64,000 nt of DNA. Source: Felis catus (lineage: Eukaryota). Made by a program: the position numbers and the translations under genes. The stretch is from NCBI RefSeq assembly GCF_018350175.1, contig NC_058373.1, forward strand, positions 114,082,001-114,146,000, read 5' to 3'. The number at the start of each line of letters is the position of its first letter. The first letter of the stretch is position 1. Shown in pieces: positions 12,180-23,356 of this stretch. The notes below the pieces were generated by a model. That model ran no database searches. It saw nothing but the letters and a program-made list of their open reading frames with translations, and was not told the origin of the DNA.

Positions 12180-12500
12180 TGTTATGTATTTGGCACCATA
12201 CTGGAGTTTGGTGGGACTAGGAGAAGCAGCAATGATGGTCTCTACCTTCAAATACGTGGTAGTAGGTCCAGGTAACATTCACTGTGAAACAGTGGAGAAA
12301 GCAGTAGGCACCATTAGAGAGGTATAGATGGAGTGTGAGGGGATTAGAGAAAGATTACCTCAGGCTGGAGCAATGGCATGGGCTTTCTGGGAGAGGTGGC
12401 AGTAGTATGGGATTCAAGGGGTAGGTAGGATTTGGACGTTCAGAAATGAAGGGCAGAAACAAGACTGCCAGTGTGGATGCTTGTGAACTTCCAACCTCCA
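12180..12500 (-). mobile_element. L2 LINE fragment (degenerate)
   Basis: atgatggtctctaccttcaaa...gcaatggcatgggctttctgggagaggtggcag...gggtaggtaggatttggacgttcagaaatgaagggcag, typical of reverse L2 3' region. Confidence 0.55.
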
Positions 12501-13374
12501 AGGCAGCTTGCATGGATGTCTTATCCAACTCCCTTCTTTGTCTTGACTTGTGCAATATCCAGGCTGCAGAAAAAAAATGCCCTTATTGTCTGTTATACAT
12601 CTTGCCTCATTTGATGTATTATCCCAGAAAAGTAGATTCATCTGTGCATGACACATTGGGGGCTACCATCATGGTGGTTCAAAAACAGACTATAGAACCA
12701 TCTGGCTTGGGCTGGAATCCCGACTTCAGCACTTATAAGCCACCTACCTCAAAGTGTTGTTGTTTTCTCCTTCATCATTATCGTCATCACTGTGGGAACC
12801 CCGGAAGGCTCCCTCACCCATCCTGATCCTGTAGGACTTTCCACTATTTTAGATCCATTAATCTCCTTTGAGAGTCTTATATTTAAAATGCAAACACCAG
12901 AAAGGGTAACCCTAGAAGGTTTAAATCAGCTGCCACTTTAAAGCTAAAGAGAATCAGCTGACAATGTATTTGCTCAAAGCCAAATAGGCACCTGAGGGGA
13001 CACAAAAGAAGGAGAATAGGGTCTGTAAGGGGAGGCCAGTGAGCCCCAAAGGCTGACTTCTCTTTCCACATTTTATTTAGAATACCTAGGCCTCTGTGTG
13101 TTCACTTGTAAATTGGAAGAAAACTTCACACATAAAGTGTGAAAAATAGGGATAAAGTGAAGAACAGTGAGGAAAATACTCACTGGTCATTTTCAGAGCC
13201 CACTTTGTGCAAAGCACTGGGTTGGGCCCTATAAAAGGGATGGATGTGGGATCAAAGAAAGTGCTCTGATCTTTGAAATCCCATCGAAAATTCAGAACAT
13301 AACACATAAGAAATAAATTGAGGTAGAAATAGATAGCAGTCCTTTAAAAAGTGCGAATTCACACAGTGCAGATT

Positions 13375-13450
13375 GAATCTGCCTGGTCCACAGTAGGTAT
13401 TCAATAAATGTTTGTTGATGAATGGATTGAATGAATGAATGAGTGAGTGC
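13375..13450 (+). mobile_element. L2 3' terminus
   Basis: gcctggtccacagtaggtattcaataaatgtttgttgatgaatggattgaatgaatgaat. Confidence 0.8.
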
Positions 13451-13534
13451 CCAGGAAAAAGAAACTCATAGTAGAATGTCAATGGGAAAAAAAACCCAAA
13501 GGCCTAAAGACCTCCCTGTATTGTCTGTCTTCTG

Positions 13535-13662
13535 CCACCAGAATGTCAGCTCCATGAAAGCAAGGACCTTGTCTGTCTCATCCCCTGCTATCTCCCCTGC
13601 ATCCAGAACAGTGCCTAGCACAAAGGAAAGTGCCCAGTAAATATTTGTGGATTGAATGAGTA
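13535..13662 (+). mobile_element. L2 3' terminus
   Basis: ccaccagaatgtcagctccatgaaagcaaggaccttgtctgtctc...agaacagtgcctagcacaaagg...cagtaaatatttgtggattgaatgag. Confidence 0.85.
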
Positions 13663-14582
13663 CATAGATAGTACTTGGATACTATTTGTAGTACTTGAAT
13701 AAGTACTTGGATAGTATTTGTGGATTGAATAAGTATGTGGATAAGTACGTGGATAGTGGGTAAGGGGTCCAAGTAATGGAAATTATGTCCAGATAGTAGT
13801 GGGATTTGGAACCCAACACATCTATACCTTAAATGTTCTTCAAAAGAATTTTAATATATTGATGATCACTTTCCTTGCAAGAATAGGTGAAGAGAGGAAA
13901 AAGTGTATTCATTAGAGTATTAAGTCAAGCTAGTCTGATATAAAGGAAACATTAAAAAAACAACAACAACAACAACCTAGCTATTTGCAGGTGGGATAAC
14001 AGCTCACAACACCACACACCTGCCCTGTGTGGCCTTAGGCTTTGGCCTAAGACACTTTGGCTTTCTGAGCCAAAGTGTCTGCACTCATTCTTGCCCACCT
14101 ACATATCTGTGAACCCTCAGAGGATTCCAAAGCCAACCTCACACATTGCATGCAAGGTTAAGTATGATTTAAAAAAAATGTTCATCTAGCATCTTGGAAT
14201 TTTATTAAGCAGCCAGGCCCTCCCTGCAGGTCATGATGTATTGCAGAAGGTAGAATGATATTTGACAACAGCACAAGTCAGATTAGAGCACACCAAATGT
14301 AGGAGATGACTGAACATCTGAAACAAAATAGCCCAAATCATCTACTAGGGAGGTTTGTTTGCATTAGAAAAGGATAATTTCTAGTTTGAAAGGTAGAAAG
14401 GCACAAGAGCGTGGGGTATTCACTCAAGTCTTATAAAGGGAAGACTCTCTATGTATTCACAAAGATACATGGCAAGCATCACTTTTTTCCTGAAATCTGT
14501 TGGGCTAGAAAACGAATTTACTCTTCTCCTCTCTAATATGTAACACTAAAGAATCTTCAGATCAGAAAACTCATATAGAAAT

Positions 14583-14738
14583 AAAGAAAGGAAGGAAGGA
14601 AGGAAGGAAGGAAGGAAGGAAGGAAGGAAGGAAGGAAGGTAGGAGGGAGGGAAGAAGAGAGGGAGAGAAGTATGGAGGAAGGAGGGAAGGAAGAAAAGAA
14701 AAAAGGAAGAATGAAAGGAAGGAAAGGAAGAAAGAAAA
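14583..14738. repeat. (GGAA)n microsatellite extending into a polypurine tract
   Basis: About 12 perfect GGAA units from about 14590, then nearly pure A/G sequence to about 14738. Confidence 0.95.
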
Positions 14739-14779
14739 CTATTAAAAGCAAACACACCTTCACCCCACTTCACCCTTCA

Positions 14780-15830
14780 CTTCCAGTTGTTCTTCTGTTT
14801 GTCAGTTTCTCTTTTGGAATTTAGGCTCCAATCCAAACACATTGCACCCAGTGTGATTTGTTGAATGAGAAGAAGACCATCACTTCTCTTGTTCCAGATA
14901 CTGTGTCTCCACTAATACAACCTGAGACCATGCTAGATTTTTGTGAACCACATTTCACAACCAACTTGTATTGAACTATAGTTAACTAACACTCCTAATC
15001 CATTTTCTGAATGCTATTCTGTAAGCTATTCTGTAACCAGTAGTTGGTCCGTTGTATTCAAGGACAGGGCCTTACATATATTTTAATAAAATTTCATTCT
15101 GAAAGATTTGTAGGATTTGTCCCAACCTTCTAGCCAAACTGAGATTTGTTTTGTTATTATGATTGTCTAATCCAATATAACGACTCTTTGTATTTTTTGT
15201 CTTCTGTTACCACATTCAGCATCCCATCAATAGGTTTAATTACATGATCCACAAGTCCAAATGTCACCTTTTTAGTAAGGTCTTCTCTTAATACTCTATT
15301 TAAAATTGACTCTCTCCTCAGTTCCAATACACTTCCTATACTCTTTCTCTGCCTTTTTTCCCTCAATTGCATGCATAATCATTTAATATACCATATATTC
15401 CACTCATTTTATTTATTATCTTTTTCGTCCTTTAGAATATAAACTCCATTAGGGTGGCAATTTGGGGCAGTTCTGTTCCATGGTGGATCCCATATTTGTT
15501 GTATGGATGGGGTTGAGGACATCAGTGTCCTTGTCCAGGTCAGTGAGAATGCTGAACATGGACAAGACCAAGGCTAGAATCCAATGCATTCTACTAGAGG
15601 TTGCTATTGATCTTCGTGTCACTTACAAACCCACTTAATGGTATTGGCATCCAGCCCAACTTGTCTTTACTCTATCCCAGAAGGATATTGAGAATTTGTT
15701 ACATTTTTTTGCAGAAAATCCGATATTTCATGTTGGTGGTAGCCCTCAGATCTATCAATCTGGAAGTTCTTTCCAAAAAAAAGGAAGTGCGATTCATCTG
15801 ACACAACTGATCGCTTCCTCTTTCTAACTG
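14780..15830 (-). mobile_element. L3/CR1 LINE ORF2 fragments, interrupted by an L2 piece (about 15255-15510)
   Basis: ccatcacttctcttgttccagatactgtgtctccactaatacaacctgagac and gcagaaaatccgatatttc...cagatctatcaatctggaagttctttccaaaaaaaaggaagtgcgattcatctgacacaact resemble reverse L3 RT sequence. Confidence 0.7.
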
Positions 15831-16457
15831 CATACAAATCATCCTTTTGATGACCGATTTTAAACCCTGCTCAGGAAGGACAGGGCATTTATCAATGACC
15901 TGTCCAAAGTCCATGATTCCCTGGAAGGGAGGTCTTTCCAGGTGTGAGGTCCCTCCAGGCGAATGTGTCTTGGCTTATTCACAGTGGGCATGTGCTCCCT
16001 AGGAGTGGAAGTGTTCAAATAATGGAGGTGACACCACTGACCCACTGACCCATAGCCTTAGATCCTGTTTGTTGTGCTGCATTGGAATATCTTATTTTTT
16101 TCCCTTAGTGTCAGATTTTTAGTCTATAAAGTAAAAATGGTTAATATGATTTTCAAAAATATAGTATGATACTTTATTGATTACTATTTATACCCTTTTG
16201 GTTTCATGTGCAATTATGCAGACATGAAAGATCTGAGGTTTGGGATATGTTTAATTTATTTCTATTGCTCTTTGATCTAAAGGATTTATATTTCTTGTCT
16301 CCATTTCCTTTTTTTCCCATTCTTTCTGACACAACTGTGGTTGAGGGCCTTGTCATCTCAGCCCTGAATTATCACAATAGCTTTCTAATTGGCTCCAGGA
16401 CTCCTGTCTCTTGCTTCTTCATCTTAGATTCTTCAGTCGGACTAATTTCCTGGAACC

Positions 16458-16610
16458 CAGCTGTTCAAAATGCGGTCTATGGACCACAGCATCAGCATCT
16501 CCTAGGAGCTTGCTAGAAATGCAGATTATCAGGCCCTACTGAATGAGAAATTGCATGTCAACAAAACCTGTAGGTGACTCATACGTACATTGAAGTTTGA
16601 GAAGTACTAT
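16458..16610. mobile_element. MER5A (hAT-Charlie non-autonomous DNA transposon)
   Basis: cagctgttcaaaatgcggtc..ggaccacagcatcagcatctcctaggagcttgctagaaatgcagatt...tacattgaagtttgagaagtact. Confidence 0.88.
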
Positions 16611-16882
16611 CTTCTTTTCTGTCATGCCCTTCTCCTGCCATTGGGCATCCATAAACTTCACATTGAACCGTTCCTAAACTAACTCTGTCAGAAAGGTTCC
16701 ACCTAATTTTCAGGTGAGGTGTGTTGACATGAAGATGCTAATGCCCACCTATACGACCTACTCATTGGGTCTAAGAATGATGAGCAAATTTATTTACATA
16801 ACTCTAGAGCAGTAGTAAAGCAGTAGTAAATTACTGAGATTTAACTTGAGTTGAATCCTTCTGGTAAAAGTAAAGTATTTTA

Positions 16883-17095
16883 GGAGCGCCTGGGTGGCTC
16901 AGTCGGTTGAGCGTCCAACTTCGGCTCAGGTCATGATCTTGCAGTTCTTGAGTTTGAGCTCCGCGTCAGGCTCTGTGCTGACAGCTCAGAGCCTAGAGCC
17001 TGCTTCAGATTCTGTGTCTCCCTCTCCCTCTGCCCCTTCCCTCTCATGCTCTGTCTCTCCTTGTCTCTCAAAAATGAATAAACATTAAAAAAAAA
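16883..17095 (+). mobile_element. Can-SINE (SINEC)
   Basis: Full head, body and tail. TSD taaagtatttt at 16871-16881 and 17096-17106. Confidence 0.97.
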
Positions 17096-17204
17096 TAAAG
17101 TATTTTGATTTTTGATGAGTGAAAAGTAAGGAGTACTTGGGAAGCATATGGGACGAGTTGATTGGAAATGTTTTTCTTAGTTTGGCTCAGTGACAGGAAT
17201 TTTA

Positions 17205-17835
17205 ATATACTTAATTTGATCTTCACAATAATCCCACTTAGGTGGGTGTTATTATCCCCATTTTACATGTGAGGAAACTGAGAATCAAAAAGGTTAGGTT
17301 GTGCAGAACCACGGTATTGGTTAGAATTCAGGCTACAAACACCATAGTAACAAAGACATTTGGAAACTCAGTGGTTCAGACAAGTGGCTCTGTCCTGAGA
17401 TGGACAGGTGATCCCAGGTGGGAAGCACTGATGCTTTGTGAGGTCACTCAGCTTCCTGCCCCAAGTTGCTTCATCATCTCCCAGGATGTCCACCTCCATG
17501 TAGTTGAAGCCAGTTCCTGCCCTTGGGAACAGGGAAAGGGAAAGTGGAGAGCACACAATGATTTAATGAAAACATTAGTTTTCAAAACATTGGAAGTGTT
17601 ACCTGTCACTTGTACTCACAGACTGTTAGTCAAAGCTTGATCACATGGTCACCCCCCAGTTGCAAAAGTGGCAGAGAAGTGTTGAAACCTGGGGAGTTAT
17701 TAACTAAACAGAAGAAGAGGGGTGCCTATTAGGGGAAAACTGGAGGTCTTATAATAGGCACCATGCTGATTAGGGGAAGAGCCTAGATTCAAACTCTATG
17801 ACTACAACCTATGATCTTTCCACCACATTATACCA
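17205..17835 (-). mobile_element. MIR split by an MLT1 (MaLR) LTR (LTR about 17315-17750)
   Basis: MIR core ttatccccattttacatgtgaggaaactgag (17250-17282) and MIR head side cctagattcaaactc... (about 17780) flank an MLT1-like block (ggaagtgttacctgtcacttgtactcacagactgttagtcaaagcttgatcacatggtcaccccc). Confidence 0.7.
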
Positions 17836-18123
17836 CCAGAGTTGACAATTAGTAAATGTTTGCTGTATTGAGATAAATTGAGATATTACATTTAAGCCTT
17901 TTGGTGATTTGAAATTACTTCTTCCTTCTCTCTTGCCTCCCTGATTACCTAAGTGGCTCTGTGTCACACTATCCCTATCTTTGATGATGTTAATTTGTAA
18001 AGCAGGAAACTGGTCTTCATCTTCCTTCAAGAGAAATGTCATAGAGGTTCAGTGGAACCCTATGAAGTATGAGAATAGGTGTTAATGATAATACTTTTTA
18101 AATGACCAAATGACTATCCCTTT

Positions 18124-18345
18124 TATTTTTTATTATTTTTATTTTTTTTAACTTTATTTATTTTGAGAGAGAAAGAGTGTGCAAGCAGGGGAGGGGGCCA
18201 AGAGAGAGGGAGACAGAATCCCAAGGAGGCTCTACATGTCAGCACAGGGCCTGACATAGAGCTCGATCCCGCAAATGATGAGATCGTGACCTGAGCCGAG
18301 ATCATGATCTGAGACACTTGACTCACTGAGCCACACAGGCACCCC
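18124..18345 (-). mobile_element. Can-SINE (SINEC)
   Basis: Poly-T, tttatttattttgagagag...gagccacacaggcacccc. Perfect TSD atgactatcccttt (18110-18123, 18346-18359). Confidence 0.97.
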
Positions 18346-18426
18346 ATGACTATCCCTTTGAAAGTAGGTATTTTGTTAGGAGAAAGCCATTGCTCAAAAT
18401 ATTTGTTGATATTTTGTGTTGGCTGG

Positions 18427-18840
18427 TATATCATTCAACTCTTGCTGCAGTGATGCTTCATGACAACACCACCAAAATCTCAGAGGCTTAGAGTAATAAG
18501 CACTTAACTAATGTGTATGTGGTTCTCTTGGGGGTCAGCAATGTGGACTGGGTGTGGCTGGCCAGCACTGCACCAGGTGTCTCTCAAACTCCTTCTGAGA
18601 TAGCCGGTTAGCTTGGACGTATTTTTCTCTCACAGTAGCAGAAGCATAAGAGAGCAAGGGGAGATATGTGAGGCTTCTCGAAGCCTAGGCAAAAAACCTG
18701 TTAGCCAAAGCAAGTCATATGGGCAAATCCTCAGTCCAGGGAAATACCTACACCTTAAGCAAGAGGAAATGTAGTTACAGGGCAAATGGCATGAATACAG
18801 AATTGGTAAAGAGCTGGGGCCAATAAAGCAAATTATCATG
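18427..18840 (-). mobile_element. MLT1H-like MaLR LTR
   Basis: ttgctgcagtgatgcttcatgacaacaccaccaaaatctcagaggcttag...ttagccaaagcaagtcatatgggcaaatcc...gagctggggccaataa. Confidence 0.8.
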
Positions 18841-19489
18841 GCTTTGCTTTTACCAAGTTATTGTGAATATTTATAATGATAGTAAATCTTTATCTTTTAA
18901 GCGTAGCTTTGAATTTCTTTTTAGAAAAATAGCTAAATTTATGAATAAGATTAGAGAATCAGTCTAGGTTTATCTTTGGGCAAAAAGGTAGCTGTTAAAG
19001 CATGAGGCATAAAATAAGGAAACATTTCTAAAGGAACTGGTCAAGAGTATGGCATTCAGGGGCAGAATAGTTGGGATAAATGTACAGCCTTCCAAAGTGA
19101 TCAGCTGATTGAAGGAATAACACTGATTTGATTCTAAAATAATTTTTTAAAATAAACTTTATGGCTTGTAGTCACATGTTACCGCTTTGTCTCAAAGTGG
19201 GAAGGGGAGTGAACAGAGGTTCATCTCTGATATGATACCCCTTTGACTAACTCTGGGAAAATATGCTTTATGTGCAGATTCTCATTGCCAAGTCCCCTCT
19301 GGCTCCCTTCACCTCATTTGCTTATACCATCCAGAAGGAAGGCCTGGTTCTTCAAGGTAAGATCCTTGATTAAGCCATTTCTTTAAGCTGATTATGCTCA
19401 CTGCTGCCTACCACTGGTGATAATTACTGCCATGCTCCTGATAGAAGCTGCTTCAGGGCAGAATCAAAGGCCAAGATGAATTCACCAAT

Positions 19490-20420
19490 GATATTTATCC
19501 TGATGAGATCAAAAGAGATTGATAATTGTGGCAAGAACGTAACAGAAGGTGGAGGTGAGGCTGAGGGAAAACTAGAGAATTTCCTAATAGAGTGAGGCAA
19601 AGAATGAGAGTTAAAGCACTAATCTAGGAACTGCCAAAAGCTGGTGCTCTTTGCAGACCCTGTGGAGTGAGGAACCAGACAGTAAGCCTCTGATGAGAGT
19701 GTGGAGGACCCAGCATTGCCTCAGAGCCCTCTTGCTTACCAAACTGAAAAACCGTCTGGTCTGGCAGCCTGGGAGACACTTTGTCATGGCTCCTTGGCCA
19801 CTACTTTCTCGGCCCCTTTCTGGTTACTCCGTTTCTGTTCCCTTTACTCAAGTCCCGACTGGGGACCGGGCCTTGCTGACCTGTACCATGTGACACGGGC
19901 CTAGGACTTAGAAGGAGCTGAGTTCTGGCTCACAATAGAACGCCCCAAGGCCACAGCCTGGAGCTCACTGATGTACAGTGGTGGTTCCCAGATGCTGGGT
20001 CTTCTGGTGATTGCAGGTCTGTCCAGAAAATAATGAACATGAGAGGCAAACTCAAACACTGTTGAACTTAGCCCACAGGGCCAGTTGTCCAAAGCTGCAT
20101 TGTAGATTGAGAACGGTCTCCACCGAAGACTGAGGACACACATCTGCCCCCCACTGCCAGGCAGGAGGCAGGTCCACAGGATGCATAGGTGAACATCTAT
20201 GCCAAAGCCCAGTGGAACATACTGTCATTGCTGTCTGTAGGAGGAATATCCACCCTTTAGGATTTTGTGAGTCGAGTACTTTCCCCAGGTTGGTGAAACA
20301 GGGTGAGTCCTTAGAATATTCCCATGGAGACACATTGCATAGCAAAGATCTAGCAGGAATTTTGTGGGGCGGGCTGGAGGGCTCATGCTTTTGGACCGAG
20401 GAGCAGGCTGCAGCCTCCCC
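19490..20420 (-). pseudogene. Candidate highly decayed class A GPCR pseudogene (ghrelin/neurotensin/GPR39-like branch)
   Basis: Collinear motifs read by hand across frameshifts. TM2/ECL1: D..LGKVLD..WIF (20309-20244). TM3: SMFHWALA*MFTYAS..LAVGG (20223-20146). TM4: ALW..LSLPLMFII (20081-20029). ECL2: CTSVSSR (from 19977). TM6: QT..FFSLV...CW (19763-19710). TM7: TFCYVLATIIN (19550-19518). Not confirmed by any search. Confidence 0.4.
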
Positions 20421-21597
20421 TTTCCTTCCCCCTCTAAAACGTCCGCTTCTTAATGGACCCGGAAAGCAGCTTGTTTGTTTGGTGCAGCTGAGCTCCACAG
20501 CAGGGACTCGGGTCCAGGGAAATTTGGGGTAAGAACTATTGACCTTTGGCTCTTAGCCTTTGACTTATGGTATCCAAGTTCCTTGGTAAATATTTTTTTT
20601 ACAATTGCAAATATTGTTTTCTGACAAAGAAGCAGAGATTTTAAGACCAGATTAAGCAAAGCAAACAGCAGGCCCCTTTGTTACGTACTCTCTAAGGGTG
20701 TATAACTAATAAGCAATCAGAAAGCTGAACTCTTATTTACCCAGTACACAGTGTGGCTTTTGGCTCTTCGTTTTTAGAGGCTTTCTTAAAAGATTAGAAA
20801 TCAACTAAATAGCAAATTTAAATGAAGATTGTAAGAAGTTCTATGGAAGATTACAAGGCAATGTCAGGAGGAAAAGAGGCAGTTTTGCCCAGATGGCTTG
20901 TATTCAGAGCCTTGATATCGTGCCTATATCTTGATCACTGGGCAGTTTGGTAAACAGCATCTCTAAGCCTGACCTAATTTGGATAATTTTTAGGATAATA
21001 TTTGTGAGAACAAGATTCACAGAGTTGCTTCTGAGCCTCATTGCTAAGATCATGATTTTGACAGGAAATAGAAAGTTGTTTAGAGAGAGGCTAGAAATGA
21101 ATTGGTAGAGGTTGAAAATTTGCAAAGAAAGACTATTAGAAAAAGTTGGAAAACAAAGGAGAAAGGAGGCTGACCTATAGCTATGTGTCCCAGAGAGAGA
21201 AAAATTAAGGGAAGAGTACGATGATGTAGGAACCCCAACCAATAAATAAAAATGTCTGGGAGACTTCAGTGCCTCACCTGGTTGCTTTTAAAGATTTTTC
21301 TCCATCCCCTGCCCCAGCTATGTCTCCCTCTCTGAGCTTTTCTGAGGCAGCAGAACCCTTCTGCCCCTAGCAGTAATGCCACTGAATACAGACCTCTGGG
21401 GACTCCCTCCCCAATAGCTATGTGCTCCCAAGGCTTTGGGAACACAAGAAAGAGCTCTGGTCCTGAGAAAACAATGCAGATCCCTCCTCTAGTGGAGAGA
21501 CCCCCTTGGATTTCTGTTCTAGCTCTGGTGTAATCTTGAGAAAATCTCTGGCACCCCAGTTTTGTCCGCTTAAAAATGACAATGTTGGCCTTGATTC

Positions 21598-21825
21598 AGC
21601 ACTTTGCAAACTGTTGCAACCCATTGGTGGGTCGTGAAATGAAATTAATGAGTCACAACCAGAATTTTTAAAAATGAAATAGAGGAGAATTTTAAAAATC
21701 ACAGATTATATCACACATATTGCATTGTTTCATGGCATATTTCTTGGGTGACTGTGTGTGTGCATAATGAGTTTGTGTATGGAGGTTGCAGTGCAAAATA
21801 TTTTTCTTCCTTGGAGTGTAGTCAT
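21598..21825. mobile_element. hAT-Charlie-type DNA transposon relic
   Basis: tttgcaaactgttgcaacccattggtgggtcgtgaaatgaaattaatgagtcacaaccag...ggttgcagtgcaaaatatttttctt resembles Charlie-family MITEs. Confidence 0.65.
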
Positions 21826-22777
21826 CGGCCTGGGTGATCTCCACAGGCCTTAACCCTTCAGCTTATCTGATTCTCCTCGGTGATGGCGTACTTATCATCC
21901 CTTAGCTCAGTAGAGTTGTACCTTGAGATCTCCATACACCAGAACATGAAAGCTTATTTTTCCCCCTACTCTTACCAGATGACTGAACTAAAAAAAAAAA
22001 AAAAGGCACCTCCATAGTTCCCCAGGTTTAAGGCAAAGCAACTTTTGATTCCTGGGTGGTAACCTTGGAAAGATACCTGCAGCCAAGGTCGAGAAGCTTT
22101 CCTCGCGTGAGAGGTTGCTCTGGCATGCTAGCCCCAGGTTGGCATGGAGGTTGGTTGGTACCTAGTGCAGGGGATTTGAGGGGCAATACAATCCATGTCT
22201 GAGAGACACAGAGACGGAGAGGGGGAAAGGCTGGAAGAGTGAGGGCAGCTCCTATGGTACCAACTAAAAAAGGCACTTGGGGCTGGACGTTCAGTATTTG
22301 TTATACAGAGGCAGCCTGGAGTGGTGGGAAGGAACAGTCCATACAGGCTGCCCTTTTTCAGGTGGAGGGGGCTGTCAGTGAATGTGGGAATGATCCCTCA
22401 CTGCCTTTTATCCCGTTAGCAAGTCCAAGATTCCTACCAGCCTGCTAACCAGGAGGTTTTATAATACCTGGAGAGCTCCTGTGTGCATGAGCAGAGGGAG
22501 GGAATAAAAGGTGAGGCCAGAATTCGATTTACCGGCTCCACGGGCCATTCCCCTTACCAGTTCCCAAGGATTAGGATGCTAAGAACAGCCGGCAACTGGG
22601 GGCCTTATACCCTTCCTGCCTTTTTGTTCCCTGGGATGGGAGGAACAATAAATCGGCAGGCTGGAGAGACTGAGGGGCCTGGTTAGAGATTTCTCAGGCT
22701 GCTTTTTGAAATACTTGAAGGAGCCAGTCTGTGCTATTGTTGTAGTAAAATAGAAAGCGGAACTATTCTCCTTTTGC

Positions 22778-22843
22778 AAAAAGAAAAAAAGAAAGAAAGA
22801 AAAGAAAAAGAAAAAAAGAAAGAAAAGAAAAAGTAAAAGAAAA
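22778..22843. repeat. A-rich (GAAAA)-like low-complexity tract
   Basis: aaaaagaaaaaaagaaagaaagaaaagaaaaag... Confidence 0.85.
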
Positions 22844-23252
22844 CCCACCCTCCCAGCATCTTCAGGAGGCTGCCTGGCTCAGGCCATTACCATGGTAATA
22901 CTGAGCTGTTTGCATCTTCTTTGTCTGTCCTGCACTTGTGGAGATCCTGGCCTCGTGGTTGGGCTCAAGACCCTGGAAATAGTTGGCTTCAAAGGAGAGG
23001 GAGCTCGCAGCCACCAGCTTCCTGATGGTTCAGACTCTGAGAGGGGCAGGTCCCAGCAGAGGGAGAGTCAGCCCTTTTGTGCAACTTAAGTGGGAAAGGT
23101 GGAGGGCGTGGGGGTGACTCCCATTAATGCTTTTCTCCTCTTGCCCTGAGTTCAACATGAAATGCCCAGCACCCACTGGGGGGAAGAGCTTAGAGTTTTG
23201 GCTGGCTCAGAGTAAGGCTAAGGGTGCCAGGGCCTAATGGAGAAAGGAAAGC

Positions 23253-23356
23253 GGGAGCTGGCTTTGGGAATCAGCCTTAATGGAGTGGACCCACAGAACC
23301 GCCTGGGAGCTGGCTTTGGGAATCAGCCTTAATGGAGTGGACCCACAGAACCGCCT
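23253..23356. repeat. Perfect 2x52 bp tandem duplication
   Basis: gggagctggctttgggaatcagccttaatggagtggacccacagaaccgcct at 23253-23304 and 23305-23356. Confidence 0.98.

Noticed and set aside
15013..15037. Short 11-12 bp tandem duplications (also about 16809, 32446, 48945)
   Set aside because: Ordinary slippage duplications expected in mammalian DNA, with no further structure.
19901..20143. Passing resemblance of this single ORF to DIPK2A/C3orf58 (FEFA, SIYNA) or to vasopressin-type receptors (LSLP..PWG)
   Set aside because: Only isolated words match and the spacing is inconsistent. The ghrelin/NTSR/GPR39-type reading explains more collinear motifs, though it too is unconfirmed.
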